DNA of 64,000 nt from Enterobacteria phage RB18: sequence record NC_054906.1; one strand, given 5' to 3'. Positions 55,529 to 64,000 of the stretch are shown here, in pieces; the stretch's first letter is position 1; each line of letters begins with the position of its first letter. Both the position numbers and the translations under genes were made by a program. A model generated the notes under the pieces. It worked only from the letters and a program-made list of their open reading frames with translations, was not told where the DNA came from and did not search any database.

Positions 55529-55915
55529 TTATTCGAGGGAAAGAAGATATTTACTCTGGTAAAACATTCCAGTAATATCATCTATCGTGCTTTGGATGGC
55601 TGGAGGCATTTCTTTATAAATGCTGTTAGATTGGTCTAGTATGCGATCAATCATTTTAATTGTGTCGGTAGGAAGTTTACTGGCATCTGGAATTGAAGGT
55701 GTGTATTTTCTACCAGAATACCCCAAATATTGCTCACCAAATTTATCAATCAAATCTGGCAACTCGGAGAAAATAAAATCGTATGCTTTGTGTCTAGCAT
55801 AACTTTTAGTTTCAAAATGTGCAGAATGAAAATAAGCTTGTGCAGCCATTAATAAACCTAAGTATTCATCTGCCTTTGAAGGTTTTCCACTTTGTGAAAA
55901 GTCGCTGAATTTCAT
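55529..55915 (-). CDS. hypothetical protein (rI.-1 position)
   Basis: 128-aa ORF, ATGA overlap with rI. Confidence 0.5.
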
Positions 55916-56205
55916 TCAGTCTCCAATTTAATGTTCATAATTCTAGCGTATGATTGTGCCATCTCCGCGCCTCGTTCTATACATTCAAAATCAGAAGAGC
56001 ACGGGTCATTTTTATAGGTCGTTCTCATAAAACTATAGAATTGTTCAGACGATTCTACGCTTTTATTTTCAAAAAGCATATAAACGTGCCTAATACCAGA
56101 TTCCATAAATTTATCAAAATGAGGATCGACATTCGCTTCAATCGATGGAGATAAAACAAATGACAATCCTAGCATGGCAAAAAGTGCCGTTGCTTTTAAG
56201 GCCAT
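55912..56205 (-). CDS. rI: RI lysis-inhibition regulator (periplasmic antiholin)
   Basis: 97 aa; MALKATALFAMLGLSFVLSPSIEANVDPHFDKFMESGIRHVYMLF matches recalled T4 RI. Confidence 0.8.
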   Translation of the reverse strand: MALKATALFAMLGLSFVLSPSIEANVDPHFDKFMESGIRHVYMLFENKSVESSEQFYSFMRTTYKNDPCSSDFECIERGAEMAQSYARIMNIKLETE

Positions 56206-56217
56206 AAAGGCCTCCTA

Positions 56218-56430
56218 TCATTTTTGTCCTGTATTTACTTTATGCCGATGCACGGCCTTAACTTTATCAAGGTATTTTTCAAAATTTCGCAATCTAGTAT
56301 AGTCTGCCGGAGATTGGTTGAGTGATACTTCTCGACGCAAAGCTGAAATGATATTTCCAACTTCCCTACGAATTTCATCTAATTGAAGAACAGTAAGATT
56401 GCGAAGTTGCTTTTCAGTTAATTGTAGCAT
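56218..56430 (-). CDS. hypothetical small protein (rI.1 position)
   Basis: 70-aa ORF. Confidence 0.45.
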
Positions 56431-56472
56431 ATATACCCCTTTAGTTAGATAAACCTATTTATAACTTTTGCA

Positions 56473-57054
56473 CTAACCGAGCTTTTTAGTTAATTCATTC
56501 CAATGTTTTCTACACAAAGAAACATAAATTTCATCACCAATACAGATTTGATTACCTTCTTTAACTGGTGTTCCATCTTCCATTAATCGAGCTGTCATAA
56601 TCGCTTTTTTACCACAATGACAAACTGCCTTTAGTTCAATAAGTTTATCTGCAATCGCTAAAAGTTCTTTAGAACCTTCAAACAATTTTCCAGCGAAATC
56701 AGTCCTTAATCCATAAGCCATAACAGGAACATTATATGTATCAACAATTCGGCTCAATTGATGTACTTGTTCAGTTTTTAAAAATTGGGCTTCATCTACA
56801 AATACGCAATGAATATCTTTTTGTGCTTCAGCCCATTTATAGAACTCGAAAATATCCATATCATCTGTAATAATATTCGCTTCCTGTTTAATTCCAATGC
56901 GAGAAACAACTTCACAGACAGAATCGCGAGTATCAATAGCAGGCTTAAGAACTAATACACTCATTCCGCGTTCTTTATAATTATGTGCAGCAGTTAAAAG
57001 AGAAGCAGATTTTCCAGCATTCATTGCTGCATAAGTAAAAATTAAACTCGCCAT
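56473..57054 (-). CDS. tk: thymidine kinase
   Basis: 193 aa as in T4; P-loop YAAMNAGKS and zinc-binding cysteines. Confidence 0.9.
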   Translation of the reverse strand: MASLIFTYAAMNAGKSASLLTAAHNYKERGMSVLVLKPAIDTRDSVCEVVSRIGIKQEANIITDDMDIFEFYKWAEAQKDIHCVFVDEAQFLKTEQVHQLSRIVDTYNVPVMAYGLRTDFAGKLFEGSKELLAIADKLIELKAVCHCGKKAIMTARLMEDGTPVKEGNQICIGDEIYVSLCRKHWNELTKKLG

Positions 57055-57055
57055 T

Positions 57056-57244
57056 TTAGTCCTTAGTTAAATTTTCTAAATATGTTTCTAAATCATTTTC
57101 AGCTTTATCGATAGATTTTACTAATTCGTAATATGTTTCGGCATCTCCATAATCAGAAGATAATTCAAAAGACAAATCCTTTTCTAAACTAATAATTTCA
57201 CCAACTAAAAATAATATTTCGTTCTTTTGTTCGCGAGTAATCAT
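57056..57244 (-). CDS. hypothetical small protein
   Basis: 62-aa ORF. Confidence 0.45.
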   Translation of the reverse strand: MITREQKNEILFLVGEIISLEKDLSFELSSDYGDAETYYELVKSIDKAENDLETYLENLTKD

Positions 57245-57426
57245 AAAGAATTTATATAATCAATGAGTTCTTGTTCTTTATTATCGAATTCTTTAGAAAG
57301 TTCTTCGTACTCGTTTGCACTAAAAGGACCGCATTCATTACAAACTTTTTCCAATTCGCTATTTTTATCCATAACTTCGTGGATAAGAGAAAAGAGTTTG
57401 TCTTTTTGTTCTTTGCTTAGGCTCAT
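57241..57426 (-). CDS. hypothetical small protein
   Basis: 61 aa; similar architecture to the preceding ORF. Confidence 0.45.
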   Translation of the reverse strand: MSLSKEQKDKLFSLIHEVMDKNSELEKVCNECGPFSANEYEELSKEFDNKEQELIDYINSL

Positions 57427-57596
57427 ATATTAATTTCCAGAAGTTTTAAAATAATTCGCTTTTGCTTAAATATTTCCATAGTTAAATGATCAGTATCTTT
57501 TTGACCAATTCCAATGGCAAAACCTTTATTAGCAGCGAGTTCAATTAAATTATCAAGTTCACGTAACACTTCGTACTGTAACTCATAACTATTCAT
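57423..57596 (-). CDS. small hypothetical protein (57 aa), absent from the ORF track
   Basis: ATGA overlaps at both ends; MNSYELQYEVLRELDNLIELAANKGFAIGIGQKD... Confidence 0.45.
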   Translation of the reverse strand: MNSYELQYEVLRELDNLIELAANKGFAIGIGQKDTDHLTMEIFKQKRIILKLLEINI

Positions 57597-57805
57597 TTCG
57601 GTTTACCTTCTTTAACGAAATCTGGATAAGGATAAAATCCCGAATAAAATCCTTCACCTTTATGATTGATGCATCCTTTATTAGAACAATAGCACCAATA
57701 ATCGAAATCACAAGCCATTTCATCGTTGCATAAAGCAAAAACAACCGGCCATTTACACTTTTCACAGTGGGCATTTTTAAGAATACTAGTTTGGCTCATA
57801 ACCAT
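57593..57805 (-). CDS. Cys-rich small protein
   Basis: 70 aa with 9 cysteines. Confidence 0.5.
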   Translation of the reverse strand: MVMSQTSILKNAHCEKCKWPVVFALCNDEMACDFDYWCYCSNKGCINHKGEGFYSGFYPYPDFVKEGKPK

Positions 57806-58023
57806 GTCACCTTTAAGCAGTATTCTTCTACATGCTGTTTACGACCTTTCTTATCAATAAAGGTATATTCAACGAATGTTCCAATGTAGTCTTTATCTAC
57901 ATCATGTGGACTATTAATTGGACATTTAGTACGGCAAATGCGTTCCCATTGACGAATAATTACTGCCTTATTCTTTGGGTCATACGGATGTGGATAATGT
58001 ATATTCATAATAACGGTTCCCAA
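57796..58023 (-). CDS. hypothetical small protein
   Basis: 75-aa ORF. Confidence 0.45.
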   Translation of the reverse strand: MGTVIMNIHYPHPYDPKNKAVIIRQWERICRTKCPINSPHDVDKDYIGTFVEYTFIDKKGRKQHVEEYCLKVTWL

Positions 58024-58472
58024 TCAACAATCACAATTTCTAATTTAGAGGAATATGTATCTAAAATCCCCTCAATAATATCCCAGTTCCCTTTACCTAT
58101 GCCTGCACCAATCCTAGGCATATAGATTGTAGGTTTAATCAGTTTATTTTCACCAAACTCATTTAATTCTAACATACAATTCATTAAAGCGGAATACTCA
58201 AAATTTGGCCCTGGTTGAAATTGAGTATAAAGGTTGAAGCAATACGCTTTATGAGTCCTAAAGTATTTTTCATAGACTGAGTAAGAACCGAGTTTAGTTA
58301 CATCACCCCATTCAGTCTGTAATTTATCAGCTTCCAAAATTTTAGGGAAAGCTTTGGTTAATTGACCCGCTACGCCTGAACCCATAGTATGAAAACAATT
58401 GCATCCATGCGCAATATTTTTACCTTCAGCGAAAAGGGCGACAATATCGCCCTTGATATATTTTACAATCAT
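58005..58472 (-). CDS. macro domain protein (ADP-ribose binding/processing)
   Basis: 155 aa with macro-domain-like glycine motif GCNCFHTMGSGVAG. Confidence 0.55.
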   Translation of the reverse strand: MIVKYIKGDIVALFAEGKNIAHGCNCFHTMGSGVAGQLTKAFPKILEADKLQTEWGDVTKLGSYSVYEKYFRTHKAYCFNLYTQFQPGPNFEYSALMNCMLELNEFGENKLIKPTIYMPRIGAGIGKGNWDIIEGILDTYSSKLEIVIVDWEPLL

Positions 58473-58816
58473 CTAGTACTCAATCCTCGATTATAAGAAT
58501 CTACCAAACGGTCAACCATTGAATGACAAGCGGCTTTATCTTTCTCCTCCGCAACTGAACATTCTAAGGTATTCCACTTTTTAGCATATCGTTTTAATAA
58601 TGTATCGTTTTTGTATCTACTTGATTTATCTCTTTCTCCGTCTTTATATGCATATATTAATTTCTGTGCAAATTCAGCTTGACATGCTTTATTTTTCCCA
58701 CAATAATCTGCCGCAGTGCGGTTTACATATTCTCTAATTTCAGTATATGATGTATCTGCTGATGCAGAAGCAGAAAATGAAATTAATCCTATACATAAAA
58801 CCAAAATTTTAGTCAT
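58469..58816 (-). CDS. secreted Cys-containing protein
   Basis: 115 aa with signal peptide. Confidence 0.5.
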   Translation of the reverse strand: MTKILVLCIGLISFSASASADTSYTEIREYVNRTAADYCGKNKACQAEFAQKLIYAYKDGERDKSSRYKNDTLLKRYAKKWNTLECSVAEEKDKAACHSMVDRLVDSYNRGLSTR

Positions 58817-59354
58817 TTACTATTTCCAAAAGTTTATTATTTTTAAGGTAATTAGCCTTTTCTAGGACTTCAGAAGCATATTTAGAACCAGCTTTAACAT
58901 TCCATCCCGAATTATAAGAGGATATTGCTTTTCTTATATCGCCCTTATGTATATTTAACCAATAAGAAAGTTCAATGTACGCCCAGGAAGCTGAATTGGA
59001 TCGTTTATTCAACATTCTTTTTATTTCAGCATCGGTCATATTATAACCAAGTTCCTTAACTCTTGCTCGCATAGTAGGCAAATAATTTTGGAACATTCCG
59101 TAGGCGTGATGCTTTGGTTTAGATTTTAAATTAACTCCGCCAGAGCTTTCTTGCCATAAAATAGCAGCCATTATATGACCTAATCCGCTCTTGTGGATAT
59201 TTTTGTGTGTTTTATATTTTCCATCCTTAGAAAATTGTTCCCCGAATTGATACGCGTAACGCATGTTATCGAGTTGGACATTACTGAAAGTATGCTCGGA
59301 GCTATGTGCCATCATTGAAATGGCCAATAGACCAGCGAGTAGTGCTTTTCTCAT
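58809..59354 (-). CDS. secreted lytic-transglycosylase-like protein
   Basis: 181 aa with signal peptide; SLT-type catalytic motif AAILWQESSGG. Confidence 0.55.
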   Translation of the reverse strand: MRKALLAGLLAISMMAHSSEHTFSNVQLDNMRYAYQFGEQFSKDGKYKTHKNIHKSGLGHIMAAILWQESSGGVNLKSKPKHHAYGMFQNYLPTMRARVKELGYNMTDAEIKRMLNKRSNSASWAYIELSYWLNIHKGDIRKAISSYNSGWNVKAGSKYASEVLEKANYLKNNKLLEIVND

Positions 59355-59361
59355 GCTTACC

Positions 59362-59823
59362 TCATTGAGTTTTAATTACTGCTTTAGAAGCCTTTCCTGG
59401 TAAACGACGACTGTTGATAATTGCCATCCTACATTGAAGTGACGGGTTTTTGAACTTCTCATTAGGTTTACAAACCGTAAATCCAAGCCAAAGATTTCCA
59501 TCTGTAATTTCCAAACGCCCAGGACGATATTCAACCCCATCAATAAAATCCTCGTCAATGTCAGGACGCGGAGGCATACTCAGGAATTCATTAACTTCTA
59601 AAACATGGTCTTTTATTTTATGGAATAATTCAAAAACGTATGTCTCATCAATCTCCCGTTGAATTGCGCGATCAAGAAGATGCTGAGAATATTTTAGATG
59701 AAACGATGAGACTCCTGCTGCTTTTGATGCCTCACGAATCTCATTGTTAATTTGACGAAACTCCGACTCAAAGTGACGACGAAGCTTATTTCGACGGATA
59801 AAAACTTCTGTATTGATAGTCAT
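59362..59823 (-). CDS. regB: RegB site-specific endoribonuclease
   Basis: 153 aa as in T4; position. Confidence 0.8.
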   Translation of the reverse strand: MTINTEVFIRRNKLRRHFESEFRQINNEIREASKAAGVSSFHLKYSQHLLDRAIQREIDETYVFELFHKIKDHVLEVNEFLSMPPRPDIDEDFIDGVEYRPGRLEITDGNLWLGFTVCKPNEKFKNPSLQCRMAIINSRRLPGKASKAVIKTQ

Positions 59824-59850
59824 GTTATTCTCCTCTTAACTGATAGAAAA

Positions 59851-59880
59851 ATTATACCACAGTCAAGAGGAAAAGTAAAC
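59851..59880 (-). promoter_or_regulatory. early promoter (GTTTAC-18-TATAAT)
   Basis: minus-strand consensus about 28 nt upstream of the regB ATG. Confidence 0.55.
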
Positions 59881-59882
59881 AA

Positions 59883-60203
59883 TTATTCTTTAAATCTGAT
59901 TAATTTATTCATAGACTTTGAAACTTCTGCACGAACCTCATGTAAGTTTTTAAGCTGTTCAAGACGCTGTTCATAGTAAGCAATTTCATCTTCTTCGAGA
60001 CAGTCCTGTGAATCTTCTTTAAGATAACGTGCATAGTCCTGGAAAGCTTTACGGACTACTTCCTGGAAGTCATCAAGACTTTGAATTTTCTTAGGAGCGG
60101 CAGATACACGACGAGGGGCAGTATAATACTCATAACCAAACCCTGCACTTAATTGAGCCATTAGTATTTTTCCTCTGGTTGGAACACAGCACGGCAAGCC
60201 CAC
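59883..60203 (-). CDS. hypothetical protein
   Basis: 106-aa ORF. Confidence 0.45.
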   Translation of the reverse strand: MGLPCCVPTRGKILMAQLSAGFGYEYYTAPRRVSAAPKKIQSLDDFQEVVRKAFQDYARYLKEDSQDCLEEDEIAYYEQRLEQLKNLHEVRAEVSKSMNKLIRFKE

Positions 60204-60463
60204 ATACTTGCTTCTTTGAGTTTCGTTTTAGCAATAGTTAACTGATCGAGGCTTTCGGCGTAATTCTTCGCGAGTTCATCATCTTCACAGCTATCAAATG
60301 CTTCCCAAAATTCATCGTATAAAGCATCAAAGATAAGTCCTAAACGAACTTCAGCGTCTTTGATAGCATTCACTTTACCGATTTTCTCTTCAGTATGCGG
60401 CTTATAACCTTTAATGTCTTCAATCATATTTGACTTCCTCACCAGTACATAAATCATATTCAA
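60161..60463 (-). CDS. hypothetical acidic protein
   Basis: 100-aa ORF. Confidence 0.45.
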   Translation of the reverse strand: MNMIYVLVRKSNMIEDIKGYKPHTEEKIGKVNAIKDAEVRLGLIFDALYDEFWEAFDSCEDDELAKNYAESLDQLTIAKTKLKEASMWACRAVFQPEEKY

Positions 60464-60641
60464 CTAAACGAATAGGTTCATGAATGCCATATCCCTGAAC
60501 AGAAATTTCTGTCGTAGGATAAATTCCATCAATATCACCCATATTCCACGCTTCGTTAAATTGCTGTTCGCCTGAATTACTAAACCACTCGGCGAAAGCA
60601 TTTAGCACATCTTTAGAACCTTCAATAATTATCTTTGCCAT
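60420..60641 (-). CDS. hypothetical small protein
   Basis: 73-aa ORF. Confidence 0.45.
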   Translation of the reverse strand: MAKIIIEGSKDVLNAFAEWFSNSGEQQFNEAWNMGDIDGIYPTTEISVQGYGIHEPIRLVEYDLCTGEEVKYD

Positions 60642-61003
60642 TATAAGCTCTCAGTAAAGGTACGAGCAATAACGTCGCGCTGCTGTTCCGGAGTCAGAGA
60701 GTTAAAGCGAACTGCATAACCGGATACACGGATGGTCAGCTGTGGATATTTTTCCGGATGCTTAACTGCATCTTCCAGAGTTTCACGACGCAGAACGTTA
60801 ACGTTCAGGTGTTGACCACCTTCAATTTTAACTGTAGGCTGTGGCTCAATTTCAATTTCACGAGCATGCAAACCGTAGAAAATTTCTGGGTCTACAAAAG
60901 AGTCCTCTTTAAAGGTTTTAGAGACAATAATTCGTGCTTGAATACCATCTTCAAAATAAATAGTACCTTTATGTGTGCCTTCAAGAATTTGATATGCTTT
61001 CAT
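60641..61003 (-). CDS. grcA: autonomous glycyl radical cofactor (GrcA/YfiD-like)
   Basis: 120 aa; C-terminal [60 protein letters not shown] carries the glycyl radical motif RVSGYAV; 3' half is GC-rich. Confidence 0.7.
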   Translation of the reverse strand: MKAYQILEGTHKGTIYFEDGIQARIIVSKTFKEDSFVDPEIFYGLHAREIEIEPQPTVKIEGGQHLNVNVLRRETLEDAVKHPEKYPQLTIRVSGYAVRFNSLTPEQQRDVIARTFTESL

Positions 61004-61010
61004 ATAAACC

Positions 61011-61391
61011 TCAATTAGAAAATAAATTTATCCAAGATTGTTCTTTAATTAAAAATGGCTCAGAATCATATGCCATTAAACTCTGTGTGATTAGTCCTTT
61101 AAAAGGTCCATCAATAAATTCCATGGTAAAATATGGAATTTTATTCATTAACTGTGCGTTAGGAGCAGTGCACAAAACTCTGCATCCTTTGAATACGCCT
61201 TTTTGTAATTTGTATTGCTTGGGATAAAATTCGCTTAAAATGTTGTTATTTGCCAAAATTTCAAAATGATTCACCAATTTATTTTTAATAGTTTTTGGCG
61301 AAAAATAAAGATATTCGAAAAGCTGTGTGTCTGTCATCATTGCATTCCGATTACGAAAAACTGTGGACGAGTAATACCACCAATACAACAT
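61011..61391 (-). CDS. hypothetical protein
   Basis: 126-aa ORF. Confidence 0.45.
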   Translation of the reverse strand: MLYWWYYSSTVFRNRNAMMTDTQLFEYLYFSPKTIKNKLVNHFEILANNNILSEFYPKQYKLQKGVFKGCRVLCTAPNAQLMNKIPYFTMEFIDGPFKGLITQSLMAYDSEPFLIKEQSWINLFSN

Positions 61392-61876
61392 TTACTATTA
61401 CAGCAGTAGTGTACAGTCTCAATATGGACACTATAAATCTTATCCATATCAGGAGATTTGACAGGCTCATCAATTATATACAAAATTCGCGAAAGCGATA
61501 AACCTCTGAACTTGCTTCCTTTATTACCAATAAAACTGCGCACAGAATCAGTAAATAAACGAAAACGTATATCATCATTAGAATAACGCGAAAATTCCTT
61601 TTTAATGTTATTTGCAGAAATTTTAGCGTAAGCTGAAGTATTAGAAAGAACGATAACTGTTCCGCCATCATACAACCAATTAGCAGCAAAGTTAGTCACA
61701 GCAATTGATTTACCGGATTGACGTCCACCATCTAGTCGAAGTGTGCAATACTGTTTAAGTAATTCTTCAAATGGCGGGATATATTCGTTTTTACAAATTT
61801 CTTCTACTCTAGCATCAGAATGGTGTGTAAAAGCATTCATCAGGGATAGATAAGGACCAGTTAAAAATGTTCTCAT
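61337..61876 (-). CDS. P-loop NTPase of unknown function
   Basis: 179 aa from the internal ATG; Walker A GGRQSGKS, Walker B-like ILYIIDEP. Confidence 0.5.
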   Translation of the reverse strand: MRTFLTGPYLSLMNAFTHHSDARVEEICKNEYIPPFEELLKQYCTLRLDGGRQSGKSIAVTNFAANWLYDGGTVIVLSNTSAYAKISANNIKKEFSRYSNDDIRFRLFTDSVRSFIGNKGSKFRGLSLSRILYIIDEPVKSPDMDKIYSVHIETVHYCCNSKCCIGGITRPQFFVIGMQ

Positions 61877-62029
61877 TTTATTCTCTCTAGGTTTGGGCCA
61901 TTCCGTGGCGCATGAATTGTCCATTTCTGTATTTACCCATTACCGCACTTGGGCTCGACCTTATTACAGGTTGGCGGGAATCCCTCACAGAATCATGAGG
62001 TCCAGGTTGTTCCCATATTTCTTATTTGC

Positions 62030-62503
62030 TTATTTGAACGATTTAACGTACTGAATAGAACCTTTACTATTCACAAAGGCAATTTTACCATTTTTGTTAT
62101 ACATGGTAGCAGTACGTTGATAGCCATAAGTTTGTTTACCAGATTGATAACCAACTAATGCAAAATTATCTTCACCCATTTTATTCTGTTTAGCGCGAAT
62201 ACGTTCATGACCATGTGCCATAAGAACCTTAGCATCACCTGTTGCAATGGATCGACGAGTTTTTTCATCTTCAACTGTATTAACAAAGTCGTCAAATGAA
62301 TCAAATTTAGCATGAGATTTATTATACAGTTTTCCATCTACTGCATAATTATATCCCTGTACATCCATCTCAACTTCTGTACCATCATCCAGTACAGCAG
62401 TGATTTTCTGTCCTTTTTTAAATTTCAAAAGATCAGTAAAAGATTCAGCAATAATTTGAGAATTAATAGCTGCTTCAGTAATAAATTCTTGATATGTTTT
62501 CAT
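62030..62503 (-). CDS. internal (capsid-packaged) protein with CTS N-terminus
   Basis: 157 aa beginning MKTYQEFITEA, the T4 capsid targeting sequence; located upstream of e like ipIII. Confidence 0.6.
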   Translation of the reverse strand: MKTYQEFITEAAINSQIIAESFTDLLKFKKGQKITAVLDDGTEVEMDVQGYNYAVDGKLYNKSHAKFDSFDDFVNTVEDEKTRRSIATGDAKVLMAHGHERIRAKQNKMGEDNFALVGYQSGKQTYGYQRTATMYNKNGKIAFVNSKGSIQYVKSFK

Positions 62504-62563
62504 GTGTATCCTTTAAATGTAAATATTTTAATTAATAATTTATCTCTTCAAGTAACTGTGAAT

Positions 62564-62593
62564 ATACTATCACAATTCTAGGAAAAAGTAAAC
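62564..62593 (-). promoter_or_regulatory. early promoter (GTTTAC-18-TAGTAT)
   Basis: minus-strand consensus upstream of the internal protein gene. Confidence 0.45.
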
Positions 62594-62597
62594 AACT

Positions 62598-63566
<969 letters not shown>

Positions 63567-63585
<19 letters not shown>

Positions 63586-63965
63586 TCAGTGATAAAGTTA
63601 TTTAAATTTTGAGTATATTTCTTTTCATCAAAAATCTTTTGCTGTCTGCGTAACCGCCATGGCATTTCAATGAACGCGCACCATATCCCAGATAATATTG
63701 CTGCTGTCAAAATATTAACAAGCATAATTAAAAGAATCCAATCTCCTGTTCTGCCTATTGGACTTTCTCCAAAGAAGCAAAATACGAATGATGACACAGG
63801 AAGACTAATAATATACCACAGAATCATAATTTTATTTGTAAACCAATCAGCATTTGTTAACTTAGCGCGACCATTATGAATACACACGAATTTATCATCT
63901 GTTATAATAGATGGCTTAGCTGCTTGATATCCCATTCTAAACTCCCTAATCAACAAATTTTTCAT
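63567..63965 (-). CDS. membrane protein (e.2 position)
   Basis: 132 aa with two or three hydrophobic segments. Confidence 0.5.
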
Positions 63966-64000
63966 ATCTTCGGAACAACCATTCCAGTCAACTCTATCAA

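Noticed and set aside
61925-62029. Possible tRNA in the GC-rich intergenic segment
   Set aside because: I could not build a cloverleaf: no consistent acceptor stem and no GTTCRANYC T-loop on either strand. It is kept as an unexplained structured region instead.

Overview
This window is a contiguous stretch of a T-even (T4-like, Tequatrovirus-type) coliphage genome, running from rIIA (starting at position 1) to the e/nudE region. Essentially all genes are on the minus strand, tightly packed, often with ATGA stop/start overlaps. Recognisable core genes in map order are: rIIA, an unsplit (T2-type) topoisomerase gene 39, motB, dexA, dda, srd, modA, modB, soc, 56, 61, 41, 40, uvsX, a GT-A glycosyltransferase at the beta-gt locus, 42 (apparently frameshifted), imm, 43, regA, 62, 44, 45, rpbA, 46, 47, alpha-gt, 55, nrdH, nrdG, nrdD (intron-less), 49, pin, nrdC, rI, tk, regB, e and nudE. 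Between these lie accessory islands of small or unknown ORFs; the largest spans roughly 45.3-55.5 kb between nrdC and rI and carries four tandem coiled-coil paralogs, a P-loop ATPase and an operon ending in a predicted Pol-beta-type nucleotidyltransferase. Regulatory signals readable from the sequence are many early promoters (GTTTAC, 18 nt, TAtaaT), MotA-box middle promoters, two tandem late promoters (TATAAATA) before e, and about ten UUCG-tetraloop hairpins acting as terminators or RNA stabilisers. No tRNA, rRNA, CRISPR array, integrase, group I intron or homing endonuclease gene was found. Identifications rest on ORF length, motifs, gene order and recalled T4 protein sequences; no database search was run. 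CDS coordinates are taken from the supplied ORF track (with some starts moved to an internal ATG); promoter and hairpin coordinates are counted by hand and approximate to about 2 bp.
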